Source: Elsinoe ampelina (taxonomy: Eukaryota). Taken from it: 64,000 bases of DNA. The stretch lies in the NCBI GenBank assembly GCA_010093995.1, contig ML992503.1, positions 118,984-182,983 of the forward strand. The letters are read 5' to 3'. The position numbers and the translations under genes were made by a program. Of the stretch, positions 21,336-31,585 are shown piece after piece. The notes beneath the pieces are model-generated. The model searched no databases. It saw only the letters and a list, made by a program, of their open reading frames with translations, and had not been told where the DNA came from. The stretch's first letter is position 1, and every line of letters begins with the position of its first letter.

Positions 21336-23990
21336 TCAGTCGGCCGGCATATTTGCCCAAGTCGAGTAGGTAGTTTCTGTTGCTTGCATGCCCGGAAGTA
21401 CGCTTCTTTTGAATCGCCGGTCTAGACGAGCCTCAGGCTTTGTACCTTGATGGGAGTCTTCTATGTCCTCCCAGTCCTCGTTACCGCCGTCTACAATCGG
21501 GACGACACCATCTGCACCAGCCTCGACATTGTCCTCCTCACCACTTTCTTCCTCCGAACTCAGGCTATCCTCGACCTCTTCAAGCTGAGTACCAATAGCT
21601 ATGTCTTCATCATGGAGTGGTAGGCCTTCTTCTTCCTCCGCAAATAGCTCCTGCTCGGCCTCAAAGTCGTTGAGCTCGTCGTCGTCCAGTTCTGACGCTT
21701 CTGGTAGCGCTTTTGATGAATCCGGCGGCATAGCGTAGGCGGTTTCGAATTTTGGAGTGTTCGAATGATCTCGGGCGACAGAATGCTGCTGTTTGACTGC
21801 GAGGTTGAAACGTGTGTCGAGACGGACATCTCTCGAATGTGTGGCTGCCCCGACAAGCAACGAGGCCGCGCTTGCCTCAGAAAACCTCGTCCGCTTTTTG
21901 AAACACTTTGTCACCTCGACACCACACCCCAACTGGCCAACAATCCATCAAGAGTCTCATTGCCATCATCATGGCCTTCCTCTCAGCATTGAACGTGCTT
22001 GAACGCTCGTTGGGGGGGGGGGGGGGGGGCGTTTACAGCGACGACTCCGTCTGATCCTGAGTACTTCAACCAATTGCACATTGTAGAACGAACTAATTCA
22101 AGCGTAGTACTCCTTCTGGTCCTGCCAATTTCGCCGCTGATGAACCTTCCTCTGATACCGGACACAATGGCCTCGAGCATAGCGATCAGTCATCTGCCTC
22201 CGAACCTTCCTCGGATACCGAACGCAATGGCCTCGAGCATAGCGACCAGCCATCTGCCTCCTCTATGCAGCCCACTTCGGATTCTTCGCACGATACAATC
22301 AATCAGTCCAAGGACGGCACTACCACGAACGGCGTTGTGACTCAGTCGGCCCAGGACCTCGACACCATTCGAGTCGGAGCCGGAAGCAGCAACGTTGAGA
22401 CTGTACGTATACCGGATGGAGGGCTATATCAGCATTGAACTAATATCAACAGGTCTCGGACCATATCCGTCCAGCCAAGGTCGCCCGTACCAGCATCCCC
22501 ACCAAGAGGTCCAAACGGTGCAAGAGGTCAGAATCACCCTTGCGAACCGCTCGCCATCAGCAAGTGGGTGGAGTTCAGTTCCTCCATCCACACACCAGCG
22601 AACAGGCATTCCCGTAGGTGTGCTCGACTATTCTCACCAACGCGGAAATCGGGGTACCATTTCCCGATGCCCGTGACCCATTGTGATCGATTACCCCGGA
22701 TCGTGTGTCTTCTACTTCGGTGACCTCTGCGTGTAGTCAGATGATGAAGTTGTACACTAGGAGCCTCATATGACGGTGAGGGCAAGCGAGGTTGGCGCAA
22801 GGATGGCGCGGTGGAGAGCCTTCATTTCGGAAAGTGTAATCTTGAAATCATGTTTTCCGTCATCACTGGTTAGAGTCTGTCCGACATTAGCAAGCACGAG
22901 TGGTGAGATATGGACAGATCAAACAGTGTACTCCTCGACAGCCGCCTTCGCCTGTTTGGTCATAAACACACGGGCTGGCGTCAAAGCGCGCATGAGATTT
23001 TTCGTCTTCTGAAGTCCCCCCTCGTTTTGAGGATCTCCGATGCTCTGTCTTGCCTTGGCGAGGGTAGCGATGGCATTGGCCTCAGTCGGCATGACGAGGG
23101 AGTCGATGAACAGCATCGCGACTTGGTTGCTGATAGTACGGGTCGCGCGAGGCACAGTCCGTGGCAGGGTGATGGCACGGTCTGCGATCTCCGCTCCCTC
23201 GTCGGTATGCTTGGTAGTCGGAAATCCAAGCCTGGTCATCTCCTGATGGACAAGTTCGGCACCCTCTCTGCCGCGATCATCTAACTTGCGACATTTTCTT
23301 GTACGCAACATCATGGTCGCTGAACGCCGATGAGGCGCTAAGGAAATGGTAGACAATGGTCTCCTTCGACTCCTGCAGGGTCGTGACGACAAGTGTGCAA
23401 TGCGGCTCGGATGCAATCGTGTTCGAGGTTGGGTCATACACGTCCGGTGCCTTGTTGGATCGTGTAAGCTTCGCAGTGTGGAGCCCAGGAAAGTTCTTTT
23501 GCACATCGTGGGATAGAGCTCGGAATCCCGTTGGAGCACTGCTAACGACGACTGCGCAAATACCCTAGGCTGATGCTGAAAAGGCCTGGCAGCCGACCTG
23601 GTAGTTTATACGCGCGGGTCTGGTACGAAATCTCGAGTCCGCGGAGGGTTTGACCTTATCCTTCCATCTTGATTACCCATGGTTTGCAATTCATGCGGGC
23701 GTAGCTCGGATCCTGGTGGTAGCTCACAAAGGCAGCGTTCATCGTAACGTAGCGTACGATGAGGGGGTTTTTGTGCAGCCCCCCTCCTTTGTGCACCACG
23801 TGACTTCTACGAGTTCCGGGAGCTTTCCGAGGGCGATCGCAAAAGGTTTCTTGGTAAAGAACCCTCAAGTACACAGGGGGGAGATGCACAAAGCGCCGTG
23901 TCGGACGTCAATCGAGGCGAGGTCGGTTGGTTGTGCATCTGTTGTGGTTGTGGAGAGAGCTTGGGATGAAGATCACAACTCATGATATGA
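21336..23990 (-). pseudogene. Probable decayed gene(s) of unknown family
   Basis: Successive protein-like minus-strand segments in different frames (23656-23889, 23277-23504, 22919-23280, acidic ORF 21336-21932), broken by stops and frameshifts. Confidence 0.3.
22141..22260. repeat. 60-bp tandem duplication
   Basis: 22141-22200 and 22201-22260 match at 54 of 60 positions. Confidence 0.9.
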
Positions 23991-24437
23991 GAGTGAAATA
24001 AATTTAGATGTGGTGCAAGAGGAGGGCGGAGAGAAGAATGGACGCGGCTTCAGCTACTCTCCATGACCTTCTCATCGAATCCTAATCATGCGACATCAAG
24101 ATGCTACCGGACTTATCGCACCACGTTGTGATGTTAGGACTGAGCTTCTGTTCGGGGATGAGGCTTGCCATCAGTGATGACAAAAAGCGAAGTAAGGTAT
24201 GCACGGCGCTAACGATAGATTGCAGCCGAGCTGAACCACGCCTCAAATTGGCTTCCCATTCAGCTAGCGCGAGCTGCGCCGCCTTCATACACCGATGATT
24301 TCGTTTCCTACCATCTTCTTGTTCGAAAGGCGTTTTTTGCTACATGCAGACCTGCTCGCGACTTCACCGGAACGCGGGATCGTGCAGGCGACAGACACTG
24401 TCCGTGGTCACTTCGCTATGCACATTGCTCACCGGTC

Positions 24438-25885
24438 ATGACACAACGCGACAGCCGCCTCCCGGAGGCGTATTACCTCCCATCAGATCTACCGGAACTC
24501 AATGTTGACCGGAAGGACTTGCATGGAAAAATCGCCTTCTTCACAGATGAGCGGGAAAGCAGCCATCCGGAAGTAGTTCCTTTCTTTCACTTTCTCAACC
24601 CGGACGAGAAGCACACCCATGGCAATTATCGCAAAGGCTCGATGCTAGATCGAATACGCAAAGTCAGTCGGAGAAGACTCGTCGTTATCGGCGTTCTGCT
24701 TCTGGCAATTTGCGTAGGCCTCGGAGTCGGTCTTGGACTTAAACTGCGCTCTGCTTCTCCCGGGAGTGAGCAAGAATCCAGTGGACCGAAGAATGGCGGC
24801 GTTGATCCAGACTTCAATTCGGACAACAGTGGCAAGGTCAGCCCTGTACGGGTCTTGACGAGCACTGGTCTTGCAAGTACTGTCCGAGGTGACGGCGCTG
24901 GAGTGCTGCTCTATTATCAAGCTGCGAATGGGACACTCATTGAGGACTTCTATCAGACGAGCAGCGTGTCCTTGAACAGTCTGAAAGGCGGACCGCTGGG
25001 TAACACCACTCGAAAAGTCGTCGATGTACCGTCAATAGCGGACGAGTCACCGCTGGCAGCAATCTCGTATACTCTCAGCAACACTATCTGGGTATGTCAC
25101 TGCTACTTTGCTTCGAGATGATCAATTGCTAATCTAAATAGCGACACCTTTTCTACGTCGATAGCCAAGGCCGTGTATGTGGAATGAACAGCTCTTCGGC
25201 AGACTCAACATGGTCGTCCTCATCAATCCTGTATGATGTTGTAGCCCGAGCCGGATCCTCTAGCCTGTCCGCCTGCTACAGCTCTGATAACAATGTCGGA
25301 CTAAGGCTATACTACGGTATTGCGAACAACACCGTGCTGGAACTCCAAAACACCCTGTCCGCCTCCTCGTCCTGGTTGTCACTTGGGTCAGTTCCAAACG
25401 CCTCCTCTGCAGCTGGCATCGTATGCTCCACCTCCCATAACACAACCTCTGATCACACATATCTCAATCTCTTCGCTCGCGACGCTTCTTCCAAAGCTAT
25501 CCTACACATATCTCAAACCCTCCCCTCAAGTCCCACATGGACAACAATCAACGAGCAGTCTCTGGTCCAATCCGCCTCCATGAACCTCGGCGACAACTCC
25601 ACACTCGCACTCGCCACCAACGCCAACGCCAGCACAAGCTATATCTTTTACCAAGGCGCAGACGGCGACCTGAAGCGGCTCAGCTCGGCGCCAATGGAGA
25701 ACAGAAACGTGACAGAGTTCCGATCAGGGGATGTCAAGCTCGTGCCGAACAGCAAAATTGCTGCGGCGTGGAGCGAAGCTAATGAGGAAGGCCCGGTTGT
25801 GTTCTATCAGACTTTGCAGAATGAGCTACGACTCACGGTGTTTGGACGGGAGGGTGATATATTAGTGAACGGGACCATAGTGTAA
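24438..25885 (+). CDS. Type II membrane protein with a fungal fucose-specific-lectin-like beta-propeller ectodomain (2 exons; intron 25092-25141)
   Basis: TM segment RRRLVVIGVLLLAICVGLGVGLGL; repeated propeller-like motifs LLYYQ, RHLFYV, LRLYY, LNLFA, YIFYQG, VVFYQ; a GTATGT...CTAAT...TAG intron joins the two ORFs in frame. Confidence 0.7.
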
Positions 25886-26019
25886 TGCTTGGATGTGATG
25901 TACATGACCTTCTGTCGTCATTCCAGGTCTCTTCCATGCTCGTGTTGACATGTCCGATCTTTTCTCCATGCTACATCTCCACCATTATGCTCGCCATCTG
26001 TCTTGCCCTGACGTTTAGC

Positions 26020-27501
26020 CTACAAGTACTCCTTCGAAGCCGTGCATTGCCCGCAGAAACCACAATCCTCATCGCAGTACCAGATCGATGATCCTGGTCC
26101 GCCTTTACCCTTCTTCAGGGGCACCTTCACCTCCGCCTCCATCTCTGAGCCTGAACCATCCTCGTGCATGAGCACGATTGCCTCCTCCCCTCTATCGTAC
26201 AAAGTGGCACCGAGAGTCGCTGACTGCTCGATCGAACCTCTCGGACGCTCATCCCCTGCACCATCAAAGCGACCCACAGCCTGCTCCTGCTCATCTCCCC
26301 CCATCGTCTCCTCGATGGACCGTCCCCTGAACCCTCTGGACCTATTCGGTGCCTGTCGAATAGCCTCCAAAGTCCCAGACTGGCTGCCCAATCCAACGAC
26401 CACTGATGAATTGTCTCCCACGTCTCCCTCGGACGGTGATGATACCTCAGAAGCTTGCTGGATTTCGTCTGCCGATTTTGCTCCTGCCGTTGTGGATCGA
26501 TAGCGATCCACCTCTGATGCGCTCAGTAGTCCCAGCTGAAATGCCTGAGCTCGTGTTGTTGCGCCTGCGTTTCTCAGAGTGAGATCTGCGGCATCGAGGC
26601 CCACGATCATGGATCCGTGGTCGCTTCCGGTTGCCTCACAGCCGACGTCGTCTTCGGTGTTGGTGGTCCAGGACATATCCGATTGCGTCAAGGTCGTGTC
26701 GGCATCCGAGACCTTCCTCGTCGGCTCTCCCCTCTTCTCCTTTGCCACTCTCGCATCCTCAACGTCATTCCCAGAAGTCGCCATGTCATTGCCCGTAGCG
26801 CTCCTCATCATTGCAACATCCCTACCCACTCCAGTTCTTTCCTTCGTCCCCCTCTCCACCTCCTCCCACAACTCCTTCGTCATCCTCCCATCATACCCCT
26901 CATACAAACCCGGCAAATACACCACATCCACCACCGCATTCCCCAGCACCACCTCCTTCACCGGCCTCGCATAAATATCCCCCACCCACTTCCCCTCCCC
27001 CGTCCTCGTCCACCCACCCCGCTCAGCCACGACATCCCTGAACACCCTCTTCTCTTCCTTCGAGACCGCCGACTCCGCCATCACGCAGCGCTGAAGCGGG
27101 AGCAACCTCTCGCTTCCCCCGAACGTGGCGCGAGCGAGACGGGCTTGCATGACTTGCACCTCCACCGCGTTGGCAAGGGAGACGCCGAAGTGGCGTCGCA
27201 GGACCGTGGTGGCGTAGCGGGCGTCGAAGAAGATCTTGGTCGTGGTGGGAGAGGCGAGGATGGAAGCGAGGGAGGTGCCGTGGGGGGAGGTGGTGGATGT
27301 TGCGCCGCGTAAAGAGAGGACGTCGATGATGAAGGTCTCTTCTGTGGTGGTGAGGTGGATCTGGAGCAGGCTTAGGGGCCGGTCGGGGTCGAGACTTTGA
27401 GGGGTTGTGGCGAGGTAGATGGGTTGGTCAGGAGGGTGGTCGGCGAGGACGGAGAGGAGGCATTGGAGGGCGTCGGGTGTGTCGACGAGGTAGATCGCCA
27501 T
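26020..27501 (-). CDS. DEDDy 3'-5' exonuclease-fold protein (EXD1-like) with degenerate catalytic motifs and a Cys-rich C-terminal tail
   Basis: LSLLQI, TFIIDVLSL, TSLASILASP..TKIFFD.R and RP....L.....DV.YL match the fungal exonuclease family; first in-frame ATG at 27501. Confidence 0.75.
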   Translation of the reverse strand: MAIYLVDTPDALQCLLSVLADHPPDQPIYLATTPQSLDPDRPLSLLQIHLTTTEETFIIDVLSLRGATSTTSPHGTSLASILASPTTTKIFFDARYATTVLRRHFGVSLANAVEVQVMQARLARATFGGSERLLPLQRCVMAESAVSKEEKRVFRDVVAERGGWTRTGEGKWVGDIYARPVKEVVLGNAVVDVVYLPGLYEGYDGRMTKELWEEVERGTKERTGVGRDVAMMRSATGNDMATSGNDVEDARVAKEKRGEPTRKVSDADTTLTQSDMSWTTNTEDDVGCEATGSDHGSMIVGLDAADLTLRNAGATTRAQAFQLGLLSASEVDRYRSTTAGAKSADEIQQASEVSSPSEGDVGDNSSVVVGLGSQSGTLEAIRQAPNRSRGFRGRSIEETMGGDEQEQAVGRFDGAGDERPRGSIEQSATLGATLYDRGEEAIVLMHEDGSGSEMEAEVKVPLKKGKGGPGSSIWYCDEDCGFCGQCTASKEYL

Positions 27502-27858
27502 GCTTTTGAGTGATGTGGTTTGAAGAGGTACCAGTTTGTCCGGCGACCAAGTTGGTCTTATGTACCGCAGAGGGGTGAAAAGGAAAGACAAGCAAGCTTA
27601 CCTCGTTTGCTGTGGTGGTTCGTGAGTTGAGCTTTTCACATGCTGAAGAGTTAGGAGCAAGCGAGACAAACTTGGCCCGGATATGTAGACAATTGATGTG
27701 AATTAAGGAAAGAAGTTGTATGTACCAATAAACCGAGCTTGACCTGCTCTTCTATCAATGCCTTGCCGTAGCTATGCTTTCTCTGGTACCAAACCTGAAC
27801 GCCTGAAACGCAGTCTCTTCCAAGTCGATCCCCTGGGTGGTAGATGCGTATTGCCAAT

Positions 27859-29097
27859 CTACTGCGGAGGGGTCTTTGATGCATCGTCCGGCGACAAGGG
27901 CGGCGAGTGTGCTCCCCGTTGCAGGCTGTCCAGATTCAACACCCACTTCATACGACCCATGACCTCTACCATGTCTTCGGCGAGTTTGACCTTCTCTTTC
28001 TCCTTTTCATCTATGCCGACGCTGAGTTTCCGTGCGCCTTCTTGTATACCTTCCACTTCCAGGTTCTTTGACGTTTCGAATTTGTGCCAGACGTTGAGCA
28101 GCTCGGCATGCATCCTCCTCATCCTCTCGACCTCGCCTCGCATCTGTCCCCCAACCACGTCCAATCTCGCAAGCCTTTTTCTGTCCTCCTCCTTCTGCCC
28201 TTCGAGATCCCGTAGACCCTTGTGTAGACCCGCGATTCTCTGCCTGTACTCCTTGGCCAATTGGACGTGGCTTGTCTGTAAGATCTCTGCATGGACAGCG
28301 CTGTGCCTCGCCTCCTCTCTCGTCACGGCCAGATCCTTCCGTAGACTTTCTACCACTTCATCTCTCTCCTTCTCGCTATCAGCGGCCCTCTTCTCTGCAT
28401 CCTCCCGCCGTGCCTTCTCCGAATCCAGCTCTGCTTTCAACTCCTCGATTTTTCTCTCACGCCTCTTGATGACCGCATCGTCCATACCCTTGATGTTGAC
28501 CAGCCTGGCATTCTCCGTTTCCAGCTTCTCCAATTTTGGTTTCGCCGTCGCAACAGCCCGTGCCAGCTCCTCCCTCTTAGTGATCTCAGCCTTGATCTCT
28601 CGTCGTAGTCTGTCATTCTCCGCCATCAATCGTTCTATGACTCTCCCCGACTTGCCCAACCCAGTGTTACCGAGCCCGTGCCCTCCAATCCATGGTGAGG
28701 TATCGGGTGTGCTCGCGGGTGAATCCATAGAGACTTCCATGGCCGAGAGCATCGAGTGAGTCTTTGGGGTGGCCACATTCGTGATGATTGTGTATTTTGT
28801 GCCGTTTGGTGATGAGGCCGGTGAAGAGTTGGAAAAGAGATGCAGTTGTTGTTTTGGCGGTGTTAATGGGCTGCTGTCGAGTCCGTCCGGGAAGGACATT
28901 AGTGTTTTGCGACGCGGTGAAGCAGGCTCATTGGCGCTGGTGTCGGCGTCGTCGGCGGACGTGTTATTTTGGATCGAGGAAATTTGGGCGGTCGAAGAGT
29001 GGTACGAGTGAGGTCTTGCCAGGGTCGTCGTGGTCGGGGGAACGAGTGACATTGTTGCTGATTGCGCTGCGGCGGCGTCTGCGGCAGGCACGGACAT
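27859..29097 (-). CDS. Conserved fungal coiled-coil protein (She3-like family); 5' end uncertain, possibly with an upstream exon near 29190-29383
   Basis: S/P-rich N-terminus, conserved GKSGRVIERLMAENDRLRRE motif, long heptad coiled coil. Confidence 0.65.
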   Translation of the reverse strand: MSVPAADAAAAQSATMSLVPPTTTTLARPHSYHSSTAQISSIQNNTSADDADTSANEPASPRRKTLMSFPDGLDSSPLTPPKQQLHLFSNSSPASSPNGTKYTIITNVATPKTHSMLSAMEVSMDSPASTPDTSPWIGGHGLGNTGLGKSGRVIERLMAENDRLRREIKAEITKREELARAVATAKPKLEKLETENARLVNIKGMDDAVIKRRERKIEELKAELDSEKARREDAEKRAADSEKERDEVVESLRKDLAVTREEARHSAVHAEILQTSHVQLAKEYRQRIAGLHKGLRDLEGQKEEDRKRLARLDVVGGQMRGEVERMRRMHAELLNVWHKFETSKNLEVEGIQEGARKLSVGIDEKEKEKVKLAEDMVEVMGRMKWVLNLDSLQRGAHSPPLSPDDASKTPPQ

Positions 29098-29689
29098 GAC
29101 TGCCTTGTGTCTCTCAGTGTTTACTTTTGCAGCGATCAATCTCTTTGGCAACGACACGACACGTCCATGTACAAAGATCTTCTCAGCAGGTATAGACAGT
29201 CTCGGAGGATTTGGAAAGGGTTGAATTCGCATCTTCATCATCTGTTTCATCATACAAACGGCCGTCCATTTTGGGATCTGCAGCCGGTTGGGCCAACAAC
29301 ACTGGCACATCAAAAGAGAGATCTTCAGGTACAAGGGACATTTCGAGTTTGGCTGACCGTTCACCGGCCCGTGGAAGATCCATCGAAGTCTGTTTCTTTT
29401 CTTCTTTCAGGCTTCTTCTTTTCACATCGAGACGTCGGTGGCTGGGGAGTCAAGATGGTGAAATGAACCTTCGGACAAGATTGTCTGAAGCACGATTGAA
29501 CAAGTATTTCGAGTGCGATGGAGCCTGCAGGCAGTGCAGGCAGGACCTGTCATCGCCTGGGCGGCGACGTGTGTTAGCGCCCGGAGGAAGGTCATCTCCG
29601 CAAGGCTAAAGTTCAGCTCGACAGGTAGGCCACACATCTCCTGCTGCACCATCAAGTTTCCATCAAAGATCCATATTCACGAGTCGAGA

Positions 29690-30901
29690 ATGTCTTTGCC
29701 GGTGTCTGTCGGAGAGATTCTTGAACTTATTAGACTCGCTAAAAAAGGCTACGACGCTATCAAGGATACCAATGACAAGATAAAGCAAGCTGTACAGCAA
29801 GTGCTCGATCAGCAGTACCTCGTCCAAGACATTCAGCGCATCTTGGATGCCGATACACAACTGCAACGGAGCTCGCAGGATGGTCAGCGCACCCTCTTGA
29901 TGAGAGAGAAGGTTGACCAAGTGCATCGTTCGATGCAGTTGGTCAACAAGCTTATTGATGAATACAAGTCTCATCGAGGGTCTTCCGGGTCTGTTTCGGT
30001 CTTTTACAAAAGCAGATTCAACATGAGTGGCAAGATGACAAAACTAGAGACAGCTTGCGCATTAGTAGCCACGAACGTTGGGGCATTGCATGCATGGCTC
30101 TCGAACCTCACCACGTCCTATACTCAGGAGATTCACAGTGTGGCTCACAGACTAGGCACGGGCATGCAGGATGTCCAATCAAGCATGCAAGACATCCTTA
30201 GAGCTGTCAACGGATCGCGACAAGTCGATGCTGCTCTGATCGATTCACAATCGGCCAGTATTATTTTCATCGACAAAGACAACACCGGCCGCAGCAAGGT
30301 CGCAGAAGCGTACGCAATGCTGGTCAACCACTGGACTTCCGCAAATCCTGATCGATGGCCAGTAAAGCGTGTTAGCTCCGCAGGTTTGAATGTTCGTTGG
30401 CACAATGAGTGCACAGACTACTATGATAAGGTCGAGATGAAGCTGAAGGACGATGGTCAAGAGCGTCCGTCATCCGCGGCTATCGACGCGCTTTTCGACG
30501 ACGGCGAGTTCGCCCACGAAGCATTCAACTCGACCCTGAAGGAAGCGGTCCTCAAGACAAGATCCCGTGGGCTGCCTTCCGCCATTTTCCAGGATTACAA
30601 GTATGTCATTACTTTCACTCGGAGTCTCAAAAAGGCGCTGGTACAACTCAAGGAAGAGATTGGGAAGAGCAACCCTGAACATGAGCCAAGAGACATGGGC
30701 CAGATAATCTCGCTTGGAAGCTTTGGTCAACAAACGAAGACCGATATACTCCATCCAACGACAAAAGGCAAGGATCCGGCCGCCGACCTCGCGAATTGGC
30801 GTGCAAGGATCTCTCTCATCCAAGCGGCTTACAAGAACTTGTTGGAGCAAGAAATGGGCTGGAGGCCACCGGTGGCACAGCCGATGTCGACTACACTTTA
30901 A
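29690..30901 (+). CDS. HeLo-like/SesA-type N-terminal helical domain fused to an LMW-PTP/ArsC-like domain with a D-x5-R loop (paralog 1)
   Basis: Starts MSLPVSVGEILELIRLAKKGY; C-terminal IIFIDKDNTGRSKVAEAY, VSSAG, DYKYVITF, IISLGSF and DILHP correspond to LMW-PTP fold elements. Confidence 0.75.
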   Translation: MSLPVSVGEILELIRLAKKGYDAIKDTNDKIKQAVQQVLDQQYLVQDIQRILDADTQLQRSSQDGQRTLLMREKVDQVHRSMQLVNKLIDEYKSHRGSSGSVSVFYKSRFNMSGKMTKLETACALVATNVGALHAWLSNLTTSYTQEIHSVAHRLGTGMQDVQSSMQDILRAVNGSRQVDAALIDSQSASIIFIDKDNTGRSKVAEAYAMLVNHWTSANPDRWPVKRVSSAGLNVRWHNECTDYYDKVEMKLKDDGQERPSSAAIDALFDDGEFAHEAFNSTLKEAVLKTRSRGLPSAIFQDYKYVITFTRSLKKALVQLKEEIGKSNPEHEPRDMGQIISLGSFGQQTKTDILHPTTKGKDPAADLANWRARISLIQAAYKNLLEQEMGWRPPVAQPMSTTL

Positions 30902-30909
30902 TCTTCAAC

Positions 30910-31175
30910 CTATACTGATATCCGCAACTGCTCAGTCGTGCCAGCATGGAGGAGATGAAGCTGACGAAGAAGAGGCTGCCAATAAGCAATGGCAGATATC
31001 TTGGGCCCATAGACTCCAGGTGAATTGACTATCTCCCAAGTGCTCATGACGATGCAGAAGGAGGCGAGGACAAGTAGAAGGGACTTTCGTCTGCTATCCA
31101 TGCTCCATTTTACCGTGTGGCTTGGTTCCTCGTACCCGTCCATCTCATTGCCGTCGTGTGAGGCCAAGTCCATGG
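30910..31175 (-). pseudogene. Possible relic of the 5' end of an APC-family (GABA/choline-type) amino-acid permease
   Basis: SLLLVLASFCIVMSTWE resembles TM1 (S.LGF....M.TWE); a shifted frame gives FFVSFISSMLARLSSCGYQYR, resembling SLAE.AS....GGQY.W; then truncated. Confidence 0.35.
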
Positions 31176-31585
31176 CTTCTGAAGGCTGCCCATTATCCCG
31201 AGCATGGCTGATGTCAAAATGATGCCCACGATGACCTCGGCTAGCCAAATGGGCCGTTTGCTTTTCCCGGCTCCTTATGCAACAACATGGTATTTATCAT
31301 TTGGACCATCGACTTTTTTTTTTTCGGCGTGCCTGTCTCTGTTTTTTGTCACATGATGCATTTGTCGCTACTGTAATACCACGATGGCGCAAAAGCTAGT
31401 GGATGGTTGGTGGCCGTCATGCAGTCAGCGCGGGCGCAGCCACAGCTTCAGCCCGACGGGTTCTAAAATTGAGGCAACAATGATGATAAGCAACAAGTAT
31501 CTTGTTCATCTCCGATTTCCATATCCACTTTTCATGTCCTGGACCTGCTAGCTAATGCAGTTGGCTGTACTCAGCACATGACAAC

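Noticed and set aside
27758..28759. 333-aa plus-strand ORF, and similar long antisense ORFs over NOP12, RPT1 and the MFS gene
   Set aside because: Antisense shadows of real genes caused by codon bias.
29513..29689. N-terminal extension of the 462-aa ORF call
   Set aside because: Homology with paralog 2 begins exactly at the ATG at 29690.
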